Below, in pieces: positions 1 to 12,072 of a stretch of 64,000 nucleotides of DNA. Within the stretch, counting starts at the first letter, position 1; each line of letters starts with the position of its first letter. The notes below the pieces were generated by a model. That model was not told the origin of the DNA. It searched no databases and was given only the letters and a program-made list of their open reading frames with translations. Made by a program: the position numbers and the translations under genes. The DNA is taken from assembly GCF_006345805.1 (NCBI RefSeq), contig NC_043006.1, forward strand, positions 68,572,001-68,636,000. The letters run 5' to 3'. This stretch comes from Octopus sinensis (Eukaryota).

Positions 1-1056
1 GTAGATCAACACAGAAGGAACTAGAGAAAGGGGGACATTCATGGTGGAGTATAAGTACAGAAGCGAAAAATTATGCGACATGGAATTCAACTATAAGTGG
101 CCTATACTCCGCGTTGGAGGGTTAAAGGCAGGAGAGAATATAGAATGAAGATGAGGATATTAACTATAATTAGACAATTTTAATTTATGATAGAGTCTTG
201 GGTATGACTTCAAACTGCATTTGGTAGGGAGACCCTGGTTTGGAAATTCCAGAGTTTGAGGCATGTAGAAGTACCTCTTAGCCATCATTGTTCTTTGGTT
301 TACTCTGGCCTAGAGTAGTAGCATCTGCCAGCATACATGCTACAGGTTAAATAATATGTAAACACCTGAGGTAGGGTATGTTGAAATCATGGTATGCAGC
401 ATCATGGATGTGAACTATTGCAGCAGATGAATCTGATTGAGTCAATAACAAATATCAATAGCCAGGATCAACCAGTTCAGTTAGTGAGCCACTGCTTTCA
501 TCTGTAGTCATGGCATGCACAGATGAAATATTTCAGTAAGTGAATGACTAATGTGACTAAATTTCCAGGACAGACGTTCATGCCCTCGTCACGTCTGGCA
601 TGGAAGGGTTACATTGGTCTGAGCAAGTTGCCTAACCTAGTTGATGATGATGATAATGATGTTGAAGACGCTAAGAATGGCCTGAAGGACCTTTTAGTAA
701 GGCAGAAAAGCCCTCATATTCTGGGTAAGCATTTCTCTTTGAAAATACTGATAAGGAAAACAGAGAACATCTATGTAGTCAGTCAACCTGTTAGAAATAG
801 CAGCTAAATGGTCCTCAAATCAGTGAGATTTCCCTGATTTCTAATCTGTGAGTGGAGCAATAGCAGTAGCTACAGATAAGGGAGCAGTACAGTACAGTGA
901 AATATAGCAATGCCCTTCTGTCATCCTTCTACTGAGGATCAACAACGATTGCAGACCTGAAAATAGAACCTAGCTTTGTCTTCCAAACTGACTAGAATAA
1001 TTAAAATAATATTAATCATTCACTACACACTGTTAGATATGTTGACATTATTGTTT

Positions 1057-1400
1057 GGAGGTGCATGGCTCAGTGGTTAGAGTGTCATGCTCACAATCAT
1101 GAGTTGTGAGTTTGATTTCCAGACTGGGCTGTGTGTTGTGATCTTGAGCAAGACACTTCATTTCACGTTGTACCAGTTCATTCAGCTGTAGAATTGAGTT
1201 GTGACATCATTGTTGCCAAGCTGTATCGGTCTTTACCTTTCCTTTGGATAGCATCATGGCATAGAGAGGGGAGGCTGGTATGCAAGGGCAACTGCTGGTC
1301 TTCCATAAACAACCTTGCCCAGATTTGTGCCTCGGGGGGGGGGGGGAACTTTCTAGGTGCAATCCCATGGTCATTCATGGCCAAGGGGGTGGTCTTTACC
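1057..1400 (+). mobile_element. tRNA-derived CORE-like SINE (family D)
   Basis: A-box-like tggctcagtgg, B-box-like gtttgatttcc, CORE-like cttgagcaagacactt; a reverse copy lies at 20100-20416. Confidence 0.8.
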
Positions 1401-1451
1401 CTATTATTGTTTGTGGATATAGTACCATGGTACCACTGAGCAATTTCTCAG

Positions 1452-2126
1452 AATGTGGCACATAAAAACACCATCCGAAGACCCGGCAAGACTAGTCAGG
1501 CCATAACCCGTGGCCCCTACCTGGGACGTAGTCAGTCCACCTGTGCATACCTTCCTTCTTGTGACACTTGTGAAGACCTGTTGAGGCAAGTGAAAATCAA
1601 AACAAATCAAAATAGATGAACATCAATGGAATTTGTATCTTTGTGGTACCAGTGCCGGTGGCACACAAGAAAACCATCCAAACGTGGCCGTAGCCAGTAC
1701 TGCATCGACTGGCCTCCGTGCTGTGGGCACGTAACAAACACCATCCGATCGTGGCCATTCGCCAGCCTCATCTGGCACCTGTGTCGGTGGCACATAAAAA
1801 CACCATCCGAGCGTGGCCGTCTGCCAGCCTCGTCTGGCACCTGTGTCGGTGGCACATAAAAAACACCATCCGAGCGTGCTGTGTCGGTGGTACATAAAAA
1901 ACACTATCCGAGCATGGCCGTTCGCCAGCCTCGTCTGGCACCTGTGTCGGTGGCACATAAAATCACCCACTACACTCTTGGAGTGGTTGGCGTTAGGAAG
2001 GGCATCCAGCTGTAGAAACACTGCCAGATCTGACTGGCCTGGTGCAGCCTTCGGGCTCCCCAGACCCCAGTTGAACCGTCCAACCCATGCTAGCATGGAA
2101 AGCGGACGTTAAATGATGATGATGAT
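1452..2126 (+). mobile_element. RTE LINE 3' UTR/tail with internal ~57-bp tandem units
   Basis: ggttggcgttaggaagggcatccagctgtagaaac motif, ending in a (GAT)n tail; repeated gtggcacataaaaacaccatccga units. The same UTR follows the RTE ORF at 39080-39759. Confidence 0.85.
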
Positions 2127-2659
2127 TCAACCTCTAAAACTATAAAACCAACTCTATAAACCCGAAGAACTGACATTTACCATATTCTACAATGTGAGGA
2201 AGGTTAAAAGATTGTGGGTAACACCATTGAAATTTTAATATTTACATTAAGCAGTGAATACTGTCGTGAATAGTTTAAACTTTGAATTATTTTCCTTTCT
2301 TATTTAGTTGTTGTTGATCCAGAACTGGATGAACGCCTCAACATATCCTTATTAGCTTCTCTATAGTGATTATAGGTCTATCTCTCCTTGCTGACCATAT
2401 TGGATGGGGTACCCTCATCTTTTAGTGAATAGCCTGGTCATCAACACCTAAAAGGCTAATATTTATTTAATTTGGCCTCTAGCAAACATAGTGGACATGT
2501 TTCACTCTTGTTAGACCTCACCAGTAAACATAAGCGCCAGATCTACTGATAGACAATTGCTATACAAGATGGACAGAGATGGTGCAACAGCTTACTGTAA
2601 TGAGTGGAGAATGAACAAGGAACGCCATCTGCATGAAGTATAATAGTTAAGTGCATAAA

Positions 2660-2900
2660 GGTAGAGACTACATGTGATTAGAAGTTACATGTGACCAAGG
2701 TTTATATGTGGTAGACGCTACATGTGATCAATACTCTGAGTTGTAGAGGCTACATGCAATCAAGCTATGCAAGACAGATACTACATGTGGCTAGAGGCTC
2801 TGTGTGTGAGTGTGGAAGAGACTACATGTGCTCAGGAGCTATGCATGGTAGATGCTACATGTGGTCACAGACTACGTGTGGTAGAGGCTACATGTGTTCA
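2660..2900. repeat. Degenerate minisatellite, core gtagaggctacatgtg
   Basis: About 8 recurrences of (c/t)tacatgtg at irregular 17-60 bp spacing. Confidence 0.75.
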
Positions 2901-3089
2901 TGATAGATTATAGAAAAAAGAAACAAGCAAGGGATAAACGTCTATTTAAATGATGATGATGGTGATGATGATGATGTTGGTAGTGGTCTAGCTCCAACCC
3001 CACTTTAGTAATGTGAAGGGTTACAACTAAATGCCAGTGGTAGTAACATTGTTGAGTAGCTAAGATAGAAAAGGGGCAGCACTTGTGCT

Positions 3090-3250
3090 GGTTATTGTTT
3101 AGCTCCTAATCAGATCTGATTCAGCAGACCTATGATCAAATGTGTTCCATCCATGACCATCTTAAGAACTTCATTCTTTAAGAAGATGTGTGAATTGAGA
3201 GAGATTTGACAGCTATACAGCTATTTTTAGCAGGTTGAATGACCATATAA
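3090..3250 (+). repeat. Old unclassified dispersed repeat (copies also at about 9680-9880, 21330-21580, 31380-31450, 55440-55610 reverse and 56300-56500)
   Basis: Recurring cagacctatgatcaaa..ttccagccatgaccatc and tgatttga.gga.atttggctgctatttctagcagg motifs. Confidence 0.6.
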
Positions 3251-3419
3251 AGGACTGAAATAAACTGACACTGTTGTCACCATCAGCCGAAATAATCCAA
3301 GAAGAGAGTTTCTACATGGTTACTCAATCTACAGAGATAGCAGTCAAAGCTTCCTTAAGTGATATCCTCAAAAACAACAACAAAAAAAAGGAAGTACAAG
3401 ATAATGTGTTTGTGATACA

Positions 3420-3605
3420 TGAAAAGCACCCAGTGTACTCTGCAAAGTAGTTGGTATTAGGAAGGGTAACCAACCACAGAAACCCTGCCAAAGCAGATAT
3501 TGGAGCTTGGTGGAGTCCTCTGGCTTGCCAGCACCTGTCAAACCGTCCAACCCATGCCAGCAGGGAAAACAGATGTTAAACGGTGATGATGATGATGGTG
3601 ATGAT
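3420..3605 (+). mobile_element. RTE LINE 3' tail fragment
   Basis: aaagcaccc...ttaggaaggg...aaaccgtccaacccatgccagc...(GAT)n. Confidence 0.75.
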
Positions 3606-4804
3606 AAATGTACTCCAAGACATATGATTAAAATGGACGGGGTTGTCATGGCTGGAATGACTTTTAGTACAGGTTTATTCAATCAGGAATAACCTGTGGG
3701 TATACAAGAACAACAGGAACCAAAAGAAAGTGGGTGGTGGTTGTGGTGGGGGTGGTAATAGTGGAGAAGTGTGTGTAGGGAGTGAATCAAAGGAAGGCTC
3801 TCTTCAGATTAACTGATTAATTAATCAGTGCAGGTTGTTGCCAATGGTTACAGAAAGAACTTGAAGAGAACGTGATGATAGTAATAGTAGTAGTAGTAGT
3901 GTATATTAAAACGTTAATATATACCCATTACCATATATTGTCATCATCATCATCATCATCAATTATTATTATTATTATTTAAATATTTTTGTTTAATGTA
4001 CTGCACCTCAGAAATCTTATGTTTCTAGTAACACACCAGGGGATATAAATAAACAAGATGATGATGATGATGGCGATAATAATAATAATAATAATTTAAG
4101 GAGTCAACTAGTGTATAGACAGGCAAGGCTATCTGTAGAATTATGGTTGTGAATATGTGTACATATATAAACAAGCAAAAGTATATATAGAATGTGTGTG
4201 GGACTGTGTGTGTGAATATAAATGAGTGAGTATATAGAATTGTGTATGCGAATGTGTATGTTTATATACAAAGAGGATGTATAAAAAATTGTGTGAATGT
4301 GTGTATAGGCAAGTTAGGATGTTTACAGAATTGTGTTAGTGTATGTAAGTATTGAGACAGTCTGAGGGTGTTTATGGAATATTGTGCATGTGTGTGTCAA
4401 TGTGGATGCATGTAAGCAAGTGAGGGTGTATATATAACTGCATATATAGACAGACAGGTAAGGGTGTATGCAAAAATGTGTGTGTGAAAGTGTTTCTTTA
4501 TATAAGTAGGTGAAGACATATATAGAACTGTGTTTGTGAAAATGCGAGTATACAAATGTGTGCATGTAGAAGTATGTATGTATACGTAGACAGAAGAGGA
4601 TGATGTGTGAGAGAGAGAGAGACTGAGAGATGAGAGAGAGAGATCATCATCATTGTCATCAAAATATTTTCTATATTTTGCAGTTATTTTTAATTGATGT
4701 TAGCACCAGTCTGTATCCACCTCCACATGTATGAGTCTGTGTGTGTATGAGTGTGTGTATGTTTGTGTGTATGTATGAATGCATGTGTAAATGTACATGT
4801 ATCT

Positions 4805-4844
<40 letters not shown>

Positions 4845-5434
4845 CTAGATGTATAATGTATGTATGTGTTGGTATACCAACAGACTTGCTTCCATACTTC
4901 CTCAGCAACAAAAATAATCATCTCTTACATAGCAGAAGGGGAGGGGTGAGAGGGGCGATATTAGAAATGGTGGTGGTGGTGTGTTGGTGTCTGTGACTTC
5001 CCCAATTACATTACTGATATGAACTGGAAGAGAAAAAAAAAGAGATCACGCAACCATCGTATGTCAGAATCTCACCTCAAAATAATGGTGCGTGGGACAT
5101 CTTTCTTTAAATCAGAGAAATATATATAACCCACCCTGTAAATATGTTGAATTCTCAATGGGTTGGTCACAGCTGAAATCTTGTTTTTCTTTCTTAAGAT
5201 ACCTGACAACATGTCAGGTATCAAACTGGTTTACCTACCCATCATATGACACACATACATAGTTCCGCTCATAGTCACATGAAGCTCAAAGACAGGATAA
5301 GAGATGCCAAACCAAAATGCTCACCAAAAGTTAGTCCACATGACACACACATACACATATCTACACATAGTTTTGATGCTAGTCAGTGGAAACTGTACAA
5401 GTGGAGATAAAGAAGACGTGCCAAACATGTTTAC

Positions 5435-5495
5435 CATTATTCTTGTGATTCAGGAGAAATCGCTTTTACTCACCTGAAAGAGACAAAAAAAAATG
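5435..5495 (-). other. Candidate recursive splice site (3'ss immediately followed by 5'ss) with a 39-nt cryptic exon
   Basis: Minus strand reads gactca-T9-gtctctttcag|GTGAGT; second donor ATG|GTAAAC 39 nt downstream; stops in all three frames. Confidence 0.5.
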
Positions 5496-6189
5496 AGTCA
5501 AATAAGTCACCTTTTCAACATTGGATTAACAAAGAAACACATAACAACCAAAACACAATTGGTAAATTTCACTAAACTATAAGAGTACAGACCAATGGGC
5601 ACACCACTGTGTAGTCACTAGAAATAATAGACAAATCTTCAAATTACATCTTAATGTCACAAAAAGAAAAAAGGAAGGATTCATTGGATATTTTAGGCCG
5701 TTGTCTAGCTGCCACCACAAAGGTGTAGTCATGGTTGGAATGACTTTCATTATAGAGCTGACAGGATTGACCTAGTGCTCAACAACAACACAATATTTAT
5801 AGTAGTATCCAGTAGAGGAGCAGGGCTGACTTGGGGTTAAATAACAACAACAAACCTACAATAATATCAATAGGAAACCAATGTTGAGAGAGGATTAACT
5901 TTAAGGGCCACATTGCTCGCAAACATGTTGCCACAGGAGCTGTGTATTTTTAAACACGTTTACAACAAAGATTTCTGACATATCAATTCTTTATTAAGTA
6001 AAAATATTTTAAAATCTTTTATTTGCTCATCAATAGTGCAATTTTTATTAAATTATTATTAATTATGTTTTGTTATTAAAAATTTTTGGGGTTCCCCATT
6101 TTTAAACCTGTAGCTATATCATTCCTGGCTGCACTTGTGTTTGAAAAGGGTCGCATGTAGCCCACAGGCAGTGTGTTTCACATGCCTGC

Positions 6190-6412
6190 CTTTTAGCATC
6201 CAAATTACTCAGTCAATTGTAATGCTTATTTAATTCACATTTTTTAAAATTAAACCTGCATTATCTTATAATTTTGAGATTTCAATAAGAGGATTGTTTA
6301 ATTTTTGAGTGAGATTGTGGGGTAGGTGTGTGAGGATGGATATGGCCAGTTTGATCATGTGACAGGTAGAATATTTGGGCCAGATATTGCCAGTTTAAAT
6401 ACTAAAGAGTTA
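6190..6412. mobile_element. piggyBac-like MITE (family F)
   Basis: Ends cttttagcat...tactaaagagTTAA; reverse homolog of the outer element at 43208-43648. Confidence 0.7.
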
Positions 6413-6454
6413 AACAACATCACAAAAGCTGCAGTTATATAAGTAGGGGACCAA

Positions 6455-6660
6455 AGGTGGCGAGCTGGCAGAAATGCTAGCACACCAGGTGAAATGCTTA
6501 GTGGTATTTCATCTGTCTTTACGCTCTGAGTTCAAATTCCGCCAAGGTCGACTTATCCTTTCAGGGTTGATAAATGAAGTCCCAGTTGCATAATGGAGTC
6601 GATCTAATCAACTGGCTCCCTCCCTAAAAATTTCGGGCCTTGTGCCTGGAGTAGAAACGT
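6455..6660 (+). mobile_element. tRNA-derived SINE with Meta-like domain (family B)
   Basis: ggcgagctggcagaa head, gagttcaaattcc B-box, gtcgact..cctttc..ggtgataaa..gtaccag domain. Confidence 0.85.
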
Positions 6661-7231
6661 ATATAAATAGGTGACCAGGGCTGATCTGGAGTTAAACAAC
6701 AATGTCAGCAAGGGACAGTTTAGATTCTTTATATTTCTAGACAAGAATTCATCCAACTACCATTAATTTCTAAGTAACCTAAAACTATTCACAGAAAACA
6801 CTAATACATGCCACAGCTAGATATTAGAAGCAGCGACATGAGATATAAAATGAATGAAATAGTTATTGACAGAACTGTTTGTGCTACACACACTGTTGAA
6901 AAGAGGGTCATTGACAAGATTGTTGGTGTCACAGGTTCCACACACTGGTGTCACAGATTTGTGACACTAACCATCCTGCCAATGGTCTTGATGTCCCCAG
7001 TTTATTATGCTCTCTTTCTCTCAAGTACTATATTACCCAACAAACTGACGAGTATCCAATCACCAAGTGGCTGTTTGGTTAGAAGTTTGCTTCCCAATCC
7101 TGTAGTCTTGGGTTCACTCCTACTATGTGGCAATTTTGTCAATTATCTTCAACTATAGCCCCAATCCTACCAAAGGCTTATGAGTAGATTTAGTAGAAGG
7201 AATCTGAAAGATGTGTGTATGTATGTATCTA

Positions 7232-7630
7232 TCATCATCATCATTGTTTAACGTCCGTTTTCCATGCTGGCACAGGTCGGATGGTTTGACTGGGGACTGG
7301 CAAGCCAGGAGGCCTCACTAAGCTCCAATCTGATCTGGCAATGTTTCTACAGCTAGATGCCCTTCCTAATGCCAACCACTCCAAGAGTGTAGTGGGTGCT
7401 TTTTACATGTCACTGGCACGGGAGCCAGTTAGGTGGCACTGGCATTGGCCATGTTCAGATCGTGCTTTTTATGTGCTACCGGCACAGGAGCCAGTTGGAA
7501 TGGGGGCTGGGGGTGGGTTGGCATAGACCACGGTGCTTTTTACATGCCACCGGCACAGAAAGCCTGTCAGGTAGCACTGGCAACGCTCCACACATGAATG
7601 GTGCCTATTGCATGCCACCAGCATGAGTGC
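7232..7630 (-). mobile_element. RTE LINE 3' UTR/tail
   Basis: (CAT)n-gtttaacgtccg...ctagatgcccttcctaatgccaaccac followed by tandem units. Confidence 0.85.
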
Positions 7631-7767
7631 ATTTGTGTTTGTTCCTCTCACCACTGTTTGACAACTGGTCTTGGCTTGTCTATGTCTCATAACTTAGTGG
7701 TTTGGCGTAAAAGACTGACAGAATGAATACCAGCTAAAAAAAAAGTAATGGGGTTATTTTGTTTGAC

Positions 7768-8147
7768 TAGTAGCTTGCTTACCAACCACATGGTTCTGGG
7801 TTCAATCCCACTGTGTGACACCTTGGGCAAGTGTCTTCTACTATAGCCTCAGGCTGACCAAAGCTTTGTGAGTGGATTTGGTAGATGGAAACTGAAAGAA
7901 GCCTGTCATGTGTATATATATATATATATATATTCATGTGTGTTTATGTGTGTGTGTCCCACAACACTGCTTGACAACCAATGCTTGTGTGTTTACGTCC
8001 CCGTAACTTAGCAGTTCGGTAAAAGAAATTGATAGAATAAGTACTAGGTTTACAAAGAATAAGTACTTGGGTCGATTTGCTTGACTAAAAGCGGTGCCCC
8101 ATCATGGCCACAGTCAAAATGACTGAAACAAGTAAAAGAGTAAAGAG
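7768..8147 (+). mobile_element. tRNA-derived CORE SINE (family A)
   Basis: ggttcaatcccac B-box, ccttgggcaagtgtctt CORE, internal (TA)/(TG) tract, gactgaaacaagtaaaagagt tail. Confidence 0.85.
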
Positions 8148-8844
8148 TTAGCCCTTTAAGGTGGTGCCCCAGCATGGCCACAGTCCAATGTAAAACAAAT
8201 AAAAGATAAACAATAAAAGATTAGTAAAAGTTTACTGATATAAACTTTAATCAATAAGTAACAATTGCATTGCTCCAGCATGGTCAGAACCAGTTGACTG
8301 AAACAAGTACAGCAAATTTAATAAATTGTCAAATAAATTGACGTCACACAGAAAAGGTTAATAATTCTGGATTTTATAACTGAAGCTAATAGACTCGCAC
8401 ACACACACACATGCATACACATACATACAAACAAAGACACACGTATATACAAAAACTTTGCTTCCGTTAACAATTCCAGCAGGAATCTTGCTATCAGATA
8501 GCAGCTGTTCTAAATAGATTTACCTTTTAGTTTACACTATTCCTTGATGTTACCCCAGGGTATACTGCTCAAAAGAACAAACAAACAAAACAAAACAAAA
8601 CAAACAAAATCACAGTAAAAAAATCATTGAAAAATAAACAAATTTTCTATTAAAAGCATAAAATTAATATTGTTGTTGTTGTTATTGCCTCATGGCAGAG
8701 ATAAAAAAATATATATATTATCTGAATCCATTTAGTAAATGAAATGAAAATAATGTCAGCAAGCTGAGTTTATATTTTGGGGTTCAAGGATTCTTCACTT
8801 TCAATCGTGGCAGGAGATATATTTCAATAGTTACTTAAGAAAAT

Positions 8845-9225
8845 CCAATAGATTAACCCACTAGATTAATGATAATCCACTGGGATAATACATTATACAA
8901 TCTACTAGATTAACATATTAGATTGATAATCTATTGTGTTAAACACATTATATTGAAGATAATCCATTAGGTTAATACATTAAATTGCTAATAATTCACT
9001 GGGTTAACATATTATATTGGAAATAATCTATGAGGTTAACACTCAAGTGCTGATTCACAAGGTTAACCCATCAGATTAATGACAGTCCATTGGGTTAACA
9101 CTAAATTCCTAAATTAGCACTTCAAATTGAAGATAATCCAGTAGTTTAACACTGGGTTAACACAGATAATCCACTAGGTTAATATGTTAGATAATCCACT
9201 TGGCTAATAGTAGATTGCTAATAAA
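8845..9225. repeat. Degenerate ~30-bp minisatellite (gataatccactgggttaacacattagatt-like)
   Basis: About 12 diverged units containing taatc(c/t)a and ggttaac. Confidence 0.75.
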
Positions 9226-10097
9226 CAAATGTAACATTCTGATTACAAATGAAGTATGAAATCAATTCACCTACAATTTATTCATTGGTCTACAATTAAT
9301 GAAGTTGCTCCATTAAGGCCTTCACTTCCAAACTATTAACCAAAATGGGAGCAGCCAAAGAGAGCGTATTGTTTTTCACATTTAAACAAGAAACTGTGAT
9401 AGATTTGGGAATAGAAAGATTATGTAACGTAAATGCTGTTTCACTTCAGGTCAACCATGATCCAGCAGATCACCAATGATTAAAGATTTTCCAGTCCACT
9501 TAGCTCTAAGTAGGTACCACAAGATGAAACAACTGACCATAGAAGTAACATCCAGCACTTTGTTAGGTCTTATTTCCACTTAGGCCCTGGTAGAACTGTT
9601 GTGGGAGGAGTTGAATTCATCACTACAAACAAACAAAACACTCAACAATCATATGATGCTCCCCACTTTTGTTGTTTAGTTGCATATCAGCCTTGATTGA
9701 ACAAACTTTTGATCAAGAGCATTCCAGAAACGACCATGCTGGTTTGTCTGACGTTGTTTATCTAGGATTATACTACCTGTTCTTCTTTTACAGGACAGTA
9801 GGGTGTTGGTAGAGTGTAATTTGAAAAATATTTGGCTGTTATTTCCAGCAGACTGAATGGTGACATAGGAGCTCCATCATTGGTTTGATCGCCTCCCCAC
9901 CCTGCCTCTAGCTCCTTTGTTTACAGCAAGTACTCAACACACCATCGTGGATAAATATTATTTATTTGTGGATTAACAAGGCAGCTAATAGTTTCATGTG
10001 GAAGAGATCTTCAAAATTGTTCAAGCTCACCACATTGGAATCTCAGTACTCATCCCCATTTTGGATGAGAAAAGGAAAAACATATGTGTAGTGTGTG

Positions 10098-10296
10098 TAT
10101 ATATGTATATATATATATATATACATATATACATATACATATATATATATAATATATATATATATATATTATATATATATATATATAATATATATACATA
10201 TATATATACATATATATACATATATATATATATACATATATATACATATATATATAATATATATATATATACATATATATACATATATATATATAC

Positions 10297-10341
<45 letters not shown>

Positions 10342-10342
10342 A
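10098..10342. repeat. Long compound (TA)n/(TATACA)n microsatellite
   Basis: Direct reading; source of the spurious YI-rich ORFs. Confidence 0.95.
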
Positions 10343-10344
10343 AC

Positions 10345-10500
10345 ATGGGCTTTTTCTGTTTCTGTCAAACAAATCCACTCGCAATGCTTTGGTCAGGCTG
10401 GGACTTTAGTAGAAGACACTATCCCAAAGTGCCACACAATGGGATTGAACCCAGAACCACGTGGTTGAGAAGCAAACTTCTTACCTCACAGCCACACCTG
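10345..10500 (-). mobile_element. CORE SINE family A, 5' half
   Basis: agaagacactatcccaaagtgccacacaatgggattgaacc is the reverse of the CORE and B-box. Confidence 0.8.
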
Positions 10501-11000
10501 TGAGTATGTATTGTTTATACAAGGTATATCTTCATGTACTGCTTATAAAAGGTATGTTTTAACATACATCTTGATGTATCATTATCATGTTGCTAGCAGT
10601 TTTCATGCAAGTTTCAACTGCACCACCAGTGCACTTCTGCATTTCTGAGATGCATGCAGGATTATATTTTGGCGATGTAGAAAAGTGTCTGTGTACTACA
10701 GGAGTTTTGCATTGTTGTGGGGGTGTATTTTGTTATTTCTGATGGTATTTTAGGGTTTCATCGGTTTGTTATGTAGAATATGTGTGGATTTTGTATGTGT
10801 CGTGTGGGCTGTGTTGAACTGCTGGAGTATGTGTATGTGTGTGTGAGCTGAGTTATATTGTTGTTGTATGTATGTGTGTGTTATAGAATTCTTGTGTGTG
10901 TGTCTGTTTGATATGGGGTAACTGTGCATCAGTTTCTCAGATGTTAATTATATGAATGTAAGTGTCGTGTTATCTTATTGGCTGATATGATAACTCCAAC

Positions 11001-11485
11001 ACTGAAAGTACCTACCCAAGGTTAAGGGCTATAATTGTTACTTAGGGTCCTTAAATATAGTGAATCTACCCAAGCTCAAGGGTTGTAGAAGTTACTTAGG
11101 GTTCTTACATGCACTGAACTTACCCTAGGTTAAGGTTATAATACTTAGGGGACGACAGTGAATCTACCCCAGGTTAAGGGCTGTAATTGTTACCTTACAT
11201 ATAGTGAATCTACCCCAGGTAAAGAGCTGTAGAAGTTACTTAGGGTCCTTACACACACTGAAACCATCCCAAGTTAAGGGCTATAATTTGTACTTAGGGT
11301 CCTTACCTACAGTGAATTTACTCAAGCATAAGGACTGTAGTTGTTGCTTAGGGTCCTTATAAAAACTAAATCTACCCCCAGGTTAAGAGCTGTAATAGTT
11401 GGTTAGAGACTTTACATTCACTAAATCTACCCCTGGTTAAGGGCTATAATTTGTACTTAAGGTCCTTACATACAGTGACTCTACA
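11001..11485. repeat. ~54-bp minisatellite, about 9 units
   Basis: agtgaatctaccccaggttaagggctgtaattgttacttagggtccttacatat repeated in tandem. Confidence 0.9.
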
Positions 11486-12033
11486 CAACCAAGTTTGGAA
11501 TTATTTTCAGTTTTCATTTTTTTAACAAAGAACAGAACTTTGGAAATTCTTTCAATTACTTTATAACATTATCAACTAGGATTTCCTTGTTAACTGAGAA
11601 ATAGTAATTTAATCCAAGAAATTAATTTAGTCAAAAAATAATAATATAAAACAAAAAAAAACCCTTCACAACAAAAATTATATTTTTGTAAATATCTAAT
11701 TTGTGCTGAAATATTTTAAAGTAGTTTTCTTTGAAATTTAAGATCTAAACTAATTGCAAAACTATTTAGTTGAAACTTTTGATTGATTAATTATAGTTGA
11801 CCAATTAAGAACAGGAACTAAACGGGGATCGGGAATAAAAGTACTCTGCTATTGGATGAAATGCTTAGCGATATTTTGCCCCTTGCTACATTCTGAGTTC
11901 AAATTCTTCTGAGGTTGACTTTGCCTTTCATCCTGTCAGTGGGAATAAAATAAGTACCAGTTGAATACTGGGGTTGATGTAATTGACTTCCCCCTTCCCC
12001 AAAATTGCTGGCCTTGTGCCTTTAGCAGAAAGG

Positions 12034-12034
<1 letters not shown>

Positions 12035-12072
<38 letters not shown>

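Noticed and set aside
1452-1975. Regularly spaced repeats resembling a CRISPR array
   Set aside because: The context is eukaryotic, the units are tandem without unique spacers, they belong to an RTE 3' UTR, and there are no cas genes.
9998-10409. Long ORFs rich in Y/I/H/T/C/V (also 18590-19098, 31412-31807, 49614-50095)
   Set aside because: They are translations of (TA)n, (CA)n and (TC)n microsatellites that lack stops by construction.
11001-11485. TTAGGG hexamers as interstitial telomeric sequence
   Set aside because: There is at most one hexamer per 54-bp unit, never in tandem.
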